From NCBI RefSeq assembly GCF_006345805.1, contig NC_042998.1:155000001-155064000 (forward strand): DNA of 64,000 bases. Reading direction: 5' to 3'. Source of the DNA: Octopus sinensis. Lineage: Eukaryota. The notes beneath the pieces are model-generated. The model did not search any database and had not been told where the DNA came from. It saw only the letters and a program-made list of their open reading frames with translations. A program made the translations under genes and the position numbers. Shown here piece after piece: positions 1 through 11,322 of this stretch. Each line of letters opens with the position of its first letter. The stretch's first letter is position 1.

Positions 1-27
1 AACGCAGATTGAACAGAAATCGTTTTA

Positions 28-116
28 TTTCATTCTACACGTGTTTCGAAAGGCACAATTTACCAAAATCCGATTGAATAATGGGACCATATTGTGTCTT
101 TCTCTTCAGGAAGAAA
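28..116 (-). ncRNA. Mirror copy of the 292-380 hammerhead
   Basis: Exact reverse complement of 292-380 (position p maps to 408-p). Confidence 0.85.
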
Positions 117-291
117 ATAGGAAATCCGTTGGAAAAAACAAAAACAGAACAGAGGCGGAGCAAAAACAAATTGAATTAGGCTCCTAAGAGCCCATGGCGA
201 AACTGTTTCGCCATGGGCTCTTAGGAGCCTAGTTCGATTTGTTTTTGCTCCGCCTCTGTTCTGTTTTTGTTTTTTCCAACGGATTTCCTAT

Positions 292-380
292 TTTCTTCCT
301 GAAGAGAAAGACACAATATGGTCCCATTATTCAATCGGATTTTGGTAAATTGTGCCTTTCGAAACACGTGTAGAATGAAA
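292..380 (+). ncRNA. Minimal type-I hammerhead ribozyme (PLE-associated)
   Basis: Stem I TTTC-TTC 292-298 / GAA-T-GAAA 373-380; core CTGAAGA 299-305; stem II GAAAGACACAAT 306-317 / ATTGTGCCTTTC 349-360 (11/12 pairs); GAAAC-ACGT-GTA 361-372 with palindromic stem III; AATAAA at 378-383. Confidence 0.88.
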
Positions 381-841
381 TAAAACGATTTCTGTTCAAT
401 CTGCGTTCAGCTCCATTTCTTCAATTCACCAATAATATTTTAATTTCAATTATCCGCACCAACGCACGGTTGCAACACCATATGGTTGTACCTCCAACCG
501 TGCTGTTTACTGCTGTGATTTTTGCTACTAAGGTATCGGTTAAACTTTTGATTAATCTACTACAAGATTATTCATCTTTCTATTTCACATAATATATATA
601 TATATATATATATATATAAACATATATTGTTATATTTCAGAATGGTCATTTTGCCAGTTTAGCCAATAAAAACACACGCACTATATATTTGGTGTTACTT
701 TGCTTCAGTGTTATTTTTGTTTATAATTTTAACCTTAAAGGTATTTTGATATGCTGCCACATTTTCTGATGAAATTTTTTTTTCTGTAAAAAAGCTTCAT
801 CCTATATTAGTAGTATATATATATATATATGTATACATATA

Positions 842-981
842 TACGATGGGCTTCTTTCAGTTTCCATCTACCAAATCCACTCACAAGGCTTTGGTCGGCT
901 CGAGGCTATAGTAGATGACACTGAGCCCAGAACCATGTGGTTCGTAAGCAAGCTACTTGCCACACAGCCACTCCTACGCCT
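842..981 (-). mobile_element. tRNA-derived SINE, 5' part with internal deletion (family of 8483-8888)
   Basis: Reverse complement begins AGGCGTAGGAGTGGCTGTGTGG and is collinear with 8483-8650. Confidence 0.85.
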
Positions 982-2674
982 TAAGGGATCTTAAGTTTTT
1001 TCTCCAAACATACAGCACGGAAGATGAAACTGTGTTTACATAGATAGATAATGAAATGAAATAATAAAGTAATTATAATCTGCACTGAAAAGAGGTTTTA
1101 GTGTGTGCTAGGTCAGAAAACAAGGTTGCCTATCTGAATATCTTCTGGTTCCTACTCCGTGTGGCGAGGTATTAAAATATAAGGTAGAGGAATCTGAATG
1201 AACTAGTTTATATAAAGTGGGGTGGGTGGGGGGAGTGGAGGTTGTGTTAATGAAACTGAGAGAGAGGAAGAGAAAGAGAGAGAGGAAGACCAGAGTTAGG
1301 CTGCTCAAAGACAGAACATGAGGTGATGGAATTTTGGGACTTAGGGTAACATAATTGAATGAATAGGTTTAACATAGCTGCTGCCGGAGTGAAAGAATAG
1401 TAATTCTGATAATGAAATAGAATTGGGCACCACAAAACTGCAAAATCTCAGGCTGCTGGTGTGAGAAAATATTAATGAAAACAATGAGATAGAATTGGGC
1501 ATTTGTATTCTTAACTAGAGATATAACCAACAGTTTTCAGTCAGCCAGACTGTGAAAAAATGAGATAAATGAATGAATAAATGAATGGAATTTTATTATG
1601 AGCATGAAAGAGAGGGAGAAACAAACCTGAAGGCTGTAAATTATGGAGAAGAGCAACACACATAGGTCCTTTTTAATGATAACTATAATTATATATTAAA
1701 TCTCTGAGCGAGGTATAAACAGTAGCTGCAACACATAGTGAAGTATATTTGCCACTTAAATGTGCTAACCCCTAAGGGTGGATGCTACTGTAGCTTGTAG
1801 CCCCAGGAGGACACCTCCTCCAGCTGGCTATTGACACACTTTCTGTGCCCTATTATTTATATAATAATATATGCTCCATTTAAAATGACTAAACCCAAAC
1901 AATTGACTGTAAAAAGATGGGCCAAATCACTGGGAATGAAACATGACATCAATGCTTACCTCTTATGCTGTTTCAGTATTACATGTCAAAAATGAAACAA
2001 TAACATCTCTATTGTAACAATAACATCTCTATATGATACATTAACTATTATATGGTTTCAATTACATTCACTATGCCTGACACGAGTTCCGGGCTCAGCT
2101 GGCTCCGGCTGACAGTACCCGGTATGGGCCCCTATCCAGGGTTACAGAAAGGAGACAACCTTCAAAGAAATCCGGAGTGGAGCCCCGAAGGCGGTCTAGT
2201 GTTCGACTCGACACTCTTCCGGCAGCTCCTGCAACCAAGCTGGTGCCAAACGTAATGCACTGCACTCCACTGGACTACATCAGCAAGGTCGAGAGAGGAA
2301 ACCTGACGATTGGGCTACCCAGGACTTTCTTATCTATAGCCCAGGCCTGCGCAAAACTGGAGAGGACACTTCAGTGCTGCTGTAAAAAGCTGCAGAAACA
2401 ACACAGGAGGTAACAGTCACGAGTGATAAGTCCATTCAGATTGGCGTAAAATATGGGTGCTACAGGTTACCTCTGACGGTGGGAGGGACCTCCATGTCCT
2501 ATTGGTTAGCTACTGCCCACCTCAAGCTGGGCAGCCCCCAGTTAATAAGGTGCTGACCCGCCACAAGCCGCCTGCTCCATTGGGTGCTTGGAGCTAAGAG
2601 TATGACTCGAAAAGCGGCCTGCAACCTCTGCACCAGGCAAGCAACTAAAAGTCAAGAAAACACCAGTTCTGTGG

Positions 2675-3622
2675 TTGGCAAGCTGGAATGTCAGGACCAT
2701 GTGTCCTGGAATATCTGATGATCTTCTCAGGATTGAAGACACAAGGAAAACGGCCATCATTGACCGTGAACTAAAGAGGCTCAACATATTGCTGGGCTGC
2801 AGGAGACAAGACTTCCCTCAAACGGCAAACTCAAAGAGCAGGATTTCACCTTCTTTTGGCAGGGAAGCGATCCAGAAGAACCTCGTCAACATGGCATTGG
2901 CTTTGAGAAACACACTACTCTCCTCAATAGAACCACCATCAGGAGGCACTGAGCGTATCCTCTCACTGCGCCTCTCGACTTCTTCTGGCTCAGTACATCT
3001 GCTCAGCATCTATGCTCCCACTCTCTACAGCTCAGAGGAGGCCAAGGACCAGTTCTACAAAGATCTCAACTGTGTCATAGAAAATATACCAACGACTGAA
3101 AATATCTACCTTCTAGGGGATTTTAACGCTCGCGTGGGATCTGACCATGATTCGTGGCCCATTTGTGTTGGACACTTTGGTATTGGCAACATGAATGACA
3201 ATGGTCAGAGACTACTCGAATTTTGCACATACCACAACCTATGCATCACAAACACATTCTTTACCAACAAGCCATCCCACAAGGCATCCTGGAGACATCC
3301 AAGATCTCACCACTGGCATCAGCTGGATCTCATCATTACACGGAGATCCTTTCTGAATTCTACTCTATTGACCCGCAGTTACCACAGCGCAGATTGTGAC
3401 ACAGACCACTCACTAATTAGAAGTAGGGTGAGGATTCTGCCTAAAAAAGTCCATCGCTCCAAGAAAGTGGGCTTCCACGCATCAACACCGCCAGAACCTC
3501 GGACCCTACACTGCGAAAATGTTTTGCTGCTTCTATCAAGGTTGCCCTCAGTAGCTGCCCAACCTCCTCTGCTGAAAGTAGGTGGGACTATATCAGGGAA
3601 GCCTTGTATACGACATCAATAG
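2675..3622 (+). pseudogene. RTE ORF, APE endonuclease segment (frameshifted)
   Basis: ASWNVRT, SIYAPT, LLGDFNARVG, WRHPRSHHWHQLDLII and TDHSL motifs. Confidence 0.9.
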
Positions 3623-5392
3623 ATACTTTCGACATGAGAGAAAGGCAAAACCCAGATTGGTTCAATGCTGGGCTCTCAGAGCTGGAGCCAGTTATCGAAG
3701 CAAAGCGTGCAGCTCTGATGCAATACAAGAGTGACTCTTCTACAAAGTCACTCAAAGAACTCAGAAAGGCACGAAATAAAACCCAACTGACAGCCAGATG
3801 CTGTGCAAATAGGTATTGGCAGGAAATCTGTCAGAGTATCCAGTCAGCTGCTGACAGGGGCGACACCCGTGGGATGTATGCCGGTTTGAAGAAGGCCCTC
3901 GGTCCATCCGCAACCAAGTCAGCCCCTCTGAAATCAACTACTGGAGATCTCATCAGGGATCAAGGCAAGCAAATGGATAGATGGGTGGAGCACTACCAGG
4001 ATCTCTATGCACGGGAGACTCCAGTGGCTGAGGCTGCAGTCGAGAGTGTCAAGATCTTGCCAGTCATGTGCGAACTTGACAGTCCGCCATCTATAGCAGA
4101 GCTCACCAAGGCTGTTGACTCCCTAGCAAGAAATAAGGCTCCGGGAAAAGACGGCATCCCCTCAGAGATCATCAAAGCCGGCAAAAACACCATCCTGCTT
4201 CGGCACCTTCATGAGCTTCTGTGTCAGTGCTGGGAAGAGGGTACAGTCCCTCAGGATATGCGGGATGCTAACATCATTACGCTTTACAAAAACAAAGGTA
4301 ACCGTGGTGATTGCAACAATTACCGTGGTATATCCCTTCTAAGCACTGTTGGAAAGACCTTTCCACGCGTTACCTTGGCCAGGGTACAACTACTTGCTTC
4401 TCGAATCTATCCGGAATCGCAGTGTGGCTTTAGAAGAAGCAGATCAACTATCGATATGATATTCTCCATACGCCAACTTCAGGAGAAGTCCAGAGAGCAG
4501 AAAATGCCATTATATATGGCCTTCATTGATCTAACAAAGGCTTTTGACTCGGTAAGCAGAACAGGCCTCTTCATCCTGCTCCAAAAAATCGGATGTCCAC
4601 CAAAGCTGCTGAGGATCATCAAGTCTTTCCATGATGACATGCAAGGCACCATACAGCACAACCGTTCAACATCAGCCGCCTTCCAAATAAAAAACGGGGT
4701 AAAGTAAGGTTGTGTCCTCGCTCCTACATTGTTTGGCATCACACACAGAAGAAGCCCTCCAAAGGCTCATCAACTGTTTTGAGCAAGCATGTAACGACTT
4801 TGGCTTAGCTATCAGCCTTAAGAAGACCAATATCATGGGCCAGGCTACATCGGACATCCCAAACATACATATTGGAGGCCACAGATTACAAGAGGTGGAG
4901 AAGTTTACCTATCTGGGCTCTACCGTCACCTACAACCTATCCCTTGATGCTGAGCTCAATATACGCATTGGCAAGGCAGCTGCTGCGATGGCCCAACTCT
5001 CCAAACGGACTTGGGACAACAATAAGCTGACCAAGACCACGAAAATGAAGATCTACCAGGCATGTGTACTCAGCACTCTACTGTATGGAAGTGAGACCTG
5101 GATGCTATACACACGCCAAGAGCATCGCCTAAACATCTTTCACCTGCGCTGCCTCAGAAAAATCCTCCGCATCAAATGGCAAGCAGGAATACCAAGCATG
5201 TTTGCACTCCTCACACAAAGACGTATGAGATGGCTTGGGCATGTTAGCCGTATGAAAGATGGCAGAATCCCCAAGGACATACTCTACGGAGAGCTTGCTA
5301 GGGGTACTAGGTCTGTGGGTAGACCGATCTTACGTTACAAGGATGTTTGCAAAAGGGACATGAAGGCCTGCAACATCAATATTAGCGGTTGA
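3604..5392 (+). pseudogene. RTE ORF, reverse transcriptase segment; stop at 4705-4707 and catalytic xADD motif deleted near 4740
   Basis: KAPGKDGIP, NYRGISLLS, QCGFR, FIDLTKAFDSV, GVK*GCVLAPTLFGI joined directly to THTEEALQ; then KFTYLGS, LYGSETW, RWLGHVSRM. Confidence 0.9.
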
Positions 5393-5752
5393 GAGGCAGT
5401 TGCCGGCAACCGTGGAGAATGGCGACGTACCGTAAAAGAGGGAATACAAAGGAATGACAGAGAGAGAGAGAGGAGAAATGGAAAGAAAAGAAGAGATGTC
5501 AACAAGAGACTATGGCACTACTACCAGCCAGGAACAGTCTTCGCTACATTTGCGGTACCTGCCAGAGGGAGTGTTTGTCCAGGATAGGACTACACAGCCA
5601 CAGCAGGAAATGTATCAGGACATGAAATATAAAAGCCGAACTAGACAACTTTATGCGCAACTCCATTGTCTCCCGAGACAGAAAGGATGCCAACCAACCA
5701 ACATTCACTATGTATATGTGTGTATATATATATATCATCATCATCGTTTAAC

Positions 5753-5790
<38 letters not shown>

Positions 5791-5791
<1 letters not shown>

Positions 5792-6069
5792 ACAATTGCA
5801 GCGTGGAAGGTGTTTATAAGCCATTTAAGAAACACACAAAAGCCGTTCGATTCACTCCAACATTTAAGTTTAATTTGTCAAAATATTTTCGTCGCTAAAA
5901 TCCGCGACCTGTTCACTGACAAAGTCAGTCCTATCCTTTGTCAGTGAACAGGTCGCGGATTTTAGCGACGAAAATATTTTGACAAATTAAACTTAAATGT
6001 TGGAGTGAATCGAACGGCTTTTGTGTGTTTCTTAAATGGCTTATAAACACCTTCCACACTGCAATTGTT
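5791..6069. repeat. Fold-back palindrome (arms 5791-5924 and 5936-6069, 11-nt loop) with 55-bp unpaired extension to about 6124; probable PLE pseudo-LTR end
   Basis: 133/134 complementary, mismatch 5802/6058; flanked on both sides by (TA)n. Confidence 0.93.
5937..5986 (+). ncRNA. Variant minimal hammerhead ribozyme candidate with G3/C8 core (mirror copy 5874-5923 on minus)
   Basis: Stem I TTTGTCA 5937-5943 / TGACAAA 5980-5986; core GTGAACA 5944-5950 plus extra G; stem II GTCGC 5952-5956 / GCGAC 5965-5969; GAAA-ATA-TTT 5970-5979 with palindromic AATATT. Confidence 0.62.
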
Positions 6070-6124
6070 TTCGTTTCAGCACACGATCTCAGATCAAATT
6101 ACTTGCTATGCGAGTACATCTCCG

Positions 6125-6179
<55 letters not shown>

Positions 6180-6467
6180 ATATATATATATTAGTCTCAG
6201 TTCTGTTAGTTTCACTATGTATTTATATACACGTTTGTATATTTGTGTGTATGATTTCTGACCCCCCCCCTCCACTGACTTTGGATGATCATAACTTTCG
6301 GAACAATGGATATATTTTAATGAAATTTTCTACAAATATGTGTTGTATCATGTAGATTTCGAATATCCCAAAGTTTTGGGGAAAAGTGTTTTAGGAGGGA
6401 GTGGGGTGAAAGTCAGCAAGTGTCTTCCTTGGTCACGAGTTGATGGCCATCATCATCATGTATGTAT

Positions 6468-6470
6468 GTA

Positions 6471-6546
<76 letters not shown>

Positions 6547-6629
6547 CACGTATATGTACACACATATATATATGTATATATACACACACACACATATATA
6601 TGTATGTATAAATATATATATGTATATAC

Positions 6630-6660
<31 letters not shown>
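6468..6660. repeat. Compound (TA)n/(TG)n/(CA)n microsatellite
   Basis: Seen directly; source of the spurious YI/HT-repeat ORFs. Confidence 0.95.
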
Positions 6661-6954
6661 CTAGCAATGCATCCTTGCATTGCCCAGGTGTTATAACCTA
6701 CAGCCACATTATATTATTTGTTTCTTTCTTATGGGTAGAATTGGCACATGAGGTGCGTGAATCAAACAACTCTTTTTTTTGTGATGAACACAGCTGAAAT
6801 TGTTGTCACCAAAAACATGTTGAATACCAGCTAAGATTGGAATGAAATCCTAAAAATGCCCCCAAAATGACCTAGACTTATGGATGTAAAGAATTAGATG
6901 ACGAATGAGAATGTAGAAGTATCTGTATTGCAGAAAGTAAGGCACATAGAAAGA

Positions 6955-8105
6955 AAGCTCTCTCTGCAAACCATGCTATGCTTTTGAAGTTGTCTCACAA
7001 TGTGAGAAATACCTTTTCTTTAAGCTTGGCCAATATAGACACCATGTCCCCACATTATGGTACATGCTGCTGCAGGGTGTTATTCAACAGTAATGTGCCA
7101 TTTCCAATTTATAGAAGTTGATGAGAGAATTCCTCAGCTAAGGGGTCATTGTAGAGATGAGCTTGCATATTTTTGCTGAATGAAAAGTGACAAACAAACC
7201 TCCACAGAGGTGAAGACTTCTTCAGACATATATAGATCTCACCAGCTTGCGTACCACATGGTTTAACTGGTAATATTTGATGGAAATCCCCTACAAGGAC
7301 AACAATTAAGCCTCCTGCCCCATAATGGCAGTATTGTTTCTAATATCCCTTAGTGATCTATCTAGGGCTTCTAGTGCACCACAGTGTGCCATTGTGCATT
7401 CATCCTAGACAATAAGTGTAGTTTGGAGCAGAACTTCCGCCATCGGTGATCATTTTGAAATATTGCACATTGAAAAGTAATTTGAACATTGAGTGAGCTG
7501 TTCATCCACCTGTTAACAAAGTTGCCGCTATAAGGCAGATGGGTAGCATAGTGATTGCAGTCACATCATCAGGGGATGATGTGACTGCAATCACTATGCT
7601 ACCCATCTGCCTTATTTTTGCCAGAAGTAGGTTAAGTAGAAACGTTTTCCCTGTTCCTCAAGACAGACACTACTACTTGCAAGGTAGACACTACTATTTC
7701 ATTGTAAACAAACCTTTGCTCAGCTTGCAATAATGGCTCACTTTCATCAAGTTGCCTTTTCAGGGCATCTAAGTCATATGCTCTTTCTCAAATGACTTCT
7801 CTTGAGAGGCTGTGATGTTCAGCTGAAGGTGTTGGAATGCTGTAGTCGGATAAGCTTTTGCCCCCAATGGTATTAAGCATGTCTTCTAAATGCCGTAATG
7901 CTTCAGTGTATATAACATTTGAGTAGGAGACACTTGGCCCATGCAGCCATCGAGTTTCATGAAGTATATCATCAGATAGACTGTCTTTTTAGTTTTCCCA
8001 GATTCAGTAAATTGCAATGGTACTACATGATGGTGAAGAATCTTCTTAGTTGGTAAGCTGTGCATGTGGTTGCTGCGTCAGAAAGAGCTAAAGTCCAGTG
8101 ATTGA
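6955..8105 (-). mobile_element. Helitron RepHel fragment (PIF1-type helicase), degenerate
   Basis: Minus-strand translation: GTGKTFLLNLLLAKIR, IAATLLTGG*TAHSMFKL, LIV*DECTMAHCGALEALDRSLRDIR, VLVGDFHQILP, CLKKSSPLW, NMQAH, LL*IGNG, WFAERA. Confidence 0.88.
7530..7615. repeat. Perfect 41-bp inverted duplication with 4-nt loop inside the helicase
   Basis: 7530-7570 is the exact reverse complement of 7575-7615; loop AGGG. Confidence 0.95.
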
Positions 8106-8482
8106 CATTTTGCCCATTTCCACTTGCGTAGATTTATAGTGAAAGAGCAAAAGGACCATGGCATGTAAAGCCCTCACCATGAAACTTGATATACTAAAAA
8201 TAATAGCTAAATGTCCAGAGAATTTTTGTGATTGTGAGTGTGCATGCAGCAATTTCTATAGCTTATCTGAATGAACAGAGAAAGAAGTACACAAAATACA
8301 TTTGACATACCTGTCGTATAAATTGGTTTTCTTTTTTCGCTTGAAAGGTAAACGATTCTGATAGAAGCAATTATTTTGCTGTCAATCCATTGGATTAATC
8401 CTAACAAATTACTACAAGTTTAGTTGCTGGCTCAGCACCTATATTTGTGTGCTTCATTCCAAAATAATAAAAACTTTAACAC

Positions 8483-8888
8483 AGGCGCAGGAGTGGCTGT
8501 GTGGTAAGTAGCTTGCTAACCAACCACATGGTTCTGGGTTCAGTCCCACTGCATGGCATCTTGGGCAAGTGTCTTCTGCTATAGCCCCGGGCCGACCAAT
8601 GCCTTGTGAGTGGATTTGGTAGACGGAAACTGAAAGAAGCCTGTCGTATATATGCATATATATATATGTGTGTGTGTTTGTGTGTGTGTGTTTGTCCCCC
8701 TAGCATTGCTTGACAACTGATGCTGGTGTGTTTACGTCCCCGTCACTTAGTGGTTCGGCAAAAGAAACCGATAGAATAAGTACTGGGCTTACAAAGAATA
8801 AGTCCCGGGGTCGATTTGCTCGACTAAAGGTGGTGCTCCAGCATGGCCACAGTCAAATGACTGAAACAAGTAAAAGAGTAAAAGAGTA
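8483..8888 (+). mobile_element. Full-length tRNA-derived SINE
   Basis: Box A-like TGGCTGTGTGG 8494-8504, box B-like GGGTTCAGTCCC 8536-8547, internal (TA/TG)n, (GTAAAAGA)n-like tail; further copies in the window. Confidence 0.9.
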
Positions 8889-11270
8889 TACTTCCAAAAT
8901 GGGACTTAATCCATGTGTATCAGCATGCGTATATGTGCATGTGTGTGGGGTGTGCAAGAAAAACATTTATGGAAAAGTAGTCATAAAATTTCTATTAAAA
9001 TAAGTTGTCTTTATATGCCATGCTTGCAATTCTCTATAAAAATGATAGCAAAGTGTGTATCAAATGAAATTAAAATCCTGGTTCAATGACAGATCGATCA
9101 AGTTACTAAAGTTTTAACATTGTTGGTAACAACATATTCTCTCTTTTAATTGAATATTGAAAAATAGAGGAAATGCAAAGGAAATTAATTTTGGTGGTAA
9201 TGACTAAACCCCTTGATTCATTATCACAATTAAAAAAAATTCAGAGGTGTAACAATGTGCAAGTTCATTTCCGTAAATGTACCCACAACCACAAACATTC
9301 TCTGGGCTTTTAGCTGTTATTTTTAGCATATTGAGTTTCGTGGTGAGGGCTTCACATGCTGTGGTCCTTTTGCTCATTCACCATAAATCTACGCATGTGG
9401 AAATGGACAAAACAGCCATTCATTTTCACGTTTAGACAGAGGGATGAGGATGTAGATTAATTTTGGAGTTTTTCATAAAAAATTTGAAATTAGAATTTGT
9501 TTTTTGTCTTTCCCTCATATTCTTAATCTCCATATTTTTCCACGTAGATTGAATAAAAAAATTTTCAAAAAAACATAAAAAATTTAAAATTTGGGTGGTG
9601 GGGAGGAATTAAGAAATTTGAAAAGGTGTTTTTCTTGCAATTTTGAAATTTTTGTAATCAAAAAAAAAGAGGAAAAAAAATTGGAAAGGTCAATTGGTGG
9701 GGGGACTGTCCACCAAAGGGGTTAATATGATTTTGCACAGAAATCACGTTTTCAAAATTATAATTTCCCCTTCCCCACTGAAATTTCCTAATTTTTAACT
9801 GTTTTTTGAATTTTGTATGTTATCCACATGGAAAAATAGAGATTACAAATGTGGGAAATATATTTTACTTTTGAAAGTTTAATTTTTCTGAAAGAAATGC
9901 TGAATGCCCCTTCGCTCACCTCGGCCACCCATCAGCTACCCACTTTGAGGCAAAATGCAAATATCCTGTATGGAAAACATAGGAATGTGAATAAATTGAG
10001 GAAAGAAATAAGGGGGAGGGGATTGTAACTGTGTGTGTGTGTGCATGCCAAAGGAAGTTATTTTTGCATACCTTTCATAATTCCAATTAATTAGTGGAAG
10101 TTGCGACTTGTTGACAGCATGAGGTCTCCATACATTATAATCAGAAATTGAAAGAGAGAGATAATGCCTAATTCTACACATGTGTGAAACACAGGATGAA
10201 AGTGAAAATTACCTGAAAATTTGTACAACCTGACCTCGGTTCTGCAGTTGTCAGCATCCCCTTCTCTCCCACTTTCCCCCTCCCTTTGTGCTGACTCTTT
10301 TCACTTTCAACTATGGAACATACATAGGGTATGAAATATCAGCATTTGTCTCTCACTTGCTATCTGTCTTTCAACTTCTCCTATAGAAACTTGCTTTTTG
10401 TCTCTGATTCTTTCTTTTTCTTATTCTGCATTTCTCTCGGTCATTCCACAAAAATTTATTTCTTTATGTTTAGAAGAGAGCAGAAATTGAAAAGAAAGAG
10501 AAAAGCGGAAAGAGAGCAGAAAGTGAAAGATAAATGTGTATATGAAATGGACATGTGTGTGTATGCATGTGTGCAAGAGGGAGAAAGAGAGACAGAGAGA
10601 TAGAGCAAGTGAATGAAGGTGTGTGTCGTGATGATGGATGTCTTTAAAAGTACATAGTCATATAGAAAATGTGATGTCATTGCTGTGTAAAATGTCAGCA
10701 ATAGTTAACTTATGGAAAAGATTATAATTTAAAATTTTTGTACTACAAATATGCCAATGAAAATAAAGTTTAATTGGTAGTCGAAATAGTACTGAATCTT
10801 TTGATACTCCATACATCAAAATCAGCACCTCAGTTTTGGAATGCATTAGGAACATACACACACACACACATACAAACTCTCTCTATATGTATGTATATAT
10901 ATGTATACACTTGATGCATAATCACAGGGATATGAGTTTGAGTCTCATGGCTGGCTGCCAACAGATTTTTCTGCAAAATATGGATAGTTTACGCTGCTCA
11001 TGCTATATTATTAGCATTATCCTGCATTTGAGAATAAAATTATTTCCTTATCTGTATCTTTCAATACATCTCAATGCTTCTAAAGCAAACTTGGTTCACT
11101 TTCAATATAAGTTGAATTTAATATGTATATGTGTATATATGTGTGGGTATATATATATACCTGTATATATATGCAAGAAGAGAATGGAGGAAAAATAACA
11201 GTAACAGGAAGAAGTTGGTCCTGTGTGCTAGTAAGCCATTTAATTAATTAATGAAGTTGTAGTTAAAGTA

Positions 11271-11322
11271 CATTTACAATCGTTTCTGTTTACCAGTTGT
11301 AGTGGTAGACATCATCAGAATG
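11271..11322 (-). ncRNA. Minimal type-I hammerhead ribozyme in the PLE 3' region
   Basis: On minus: CATT | CTGATGA | TGTCTACCA-ctacaac-TGGTAAACA (8/9 pairs) | GAAAC-GATT-GTA | AATG. Confidence 0.85.

Larger units (their letters stand above)
1..407. repeat. Near-perfect fold-back palindrome (arms 1-203 and 205-407, 1-nt loop); inverted pseudo-LTR of a truncated Penelope-like element; left arm probably continues outside the window
   Basis: Arms compared base by base: 201/203 complementary, mismatches only at 172/236 and 176/232. Contains a hammerhead motif. The sense side continues to about 590 and ends in (TA)n. Confidence 0.95.
2076..5700 (+). mobile_element. Full-length RTE-clade LINE, inactivated
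   Basis: 12-bp TSD ACATTCACTATG at 2064-2075 and 5701-5712; (CCAA)n tail; APE endonuclease and RT ORF pieces in order. Confidence 0.95.

Noticed and set aside
172-236. Both arm mismatches are T.G, suggestive of A-to-I editing
   Set aside because: Two events only, one explained by CpG decay; direction unknown without a consensus.
5544-6707. Many ORFs rich in YI/HT/CV repeats (also near 14400-15900 and 62860-63150)
   Set aside because: Translations of microsatellites.
10454-10520. Possible host exon after a pyrimidine tract
   Set aside because: Low-complexity GA-rich sequence with no recognisable protein or partner exons.
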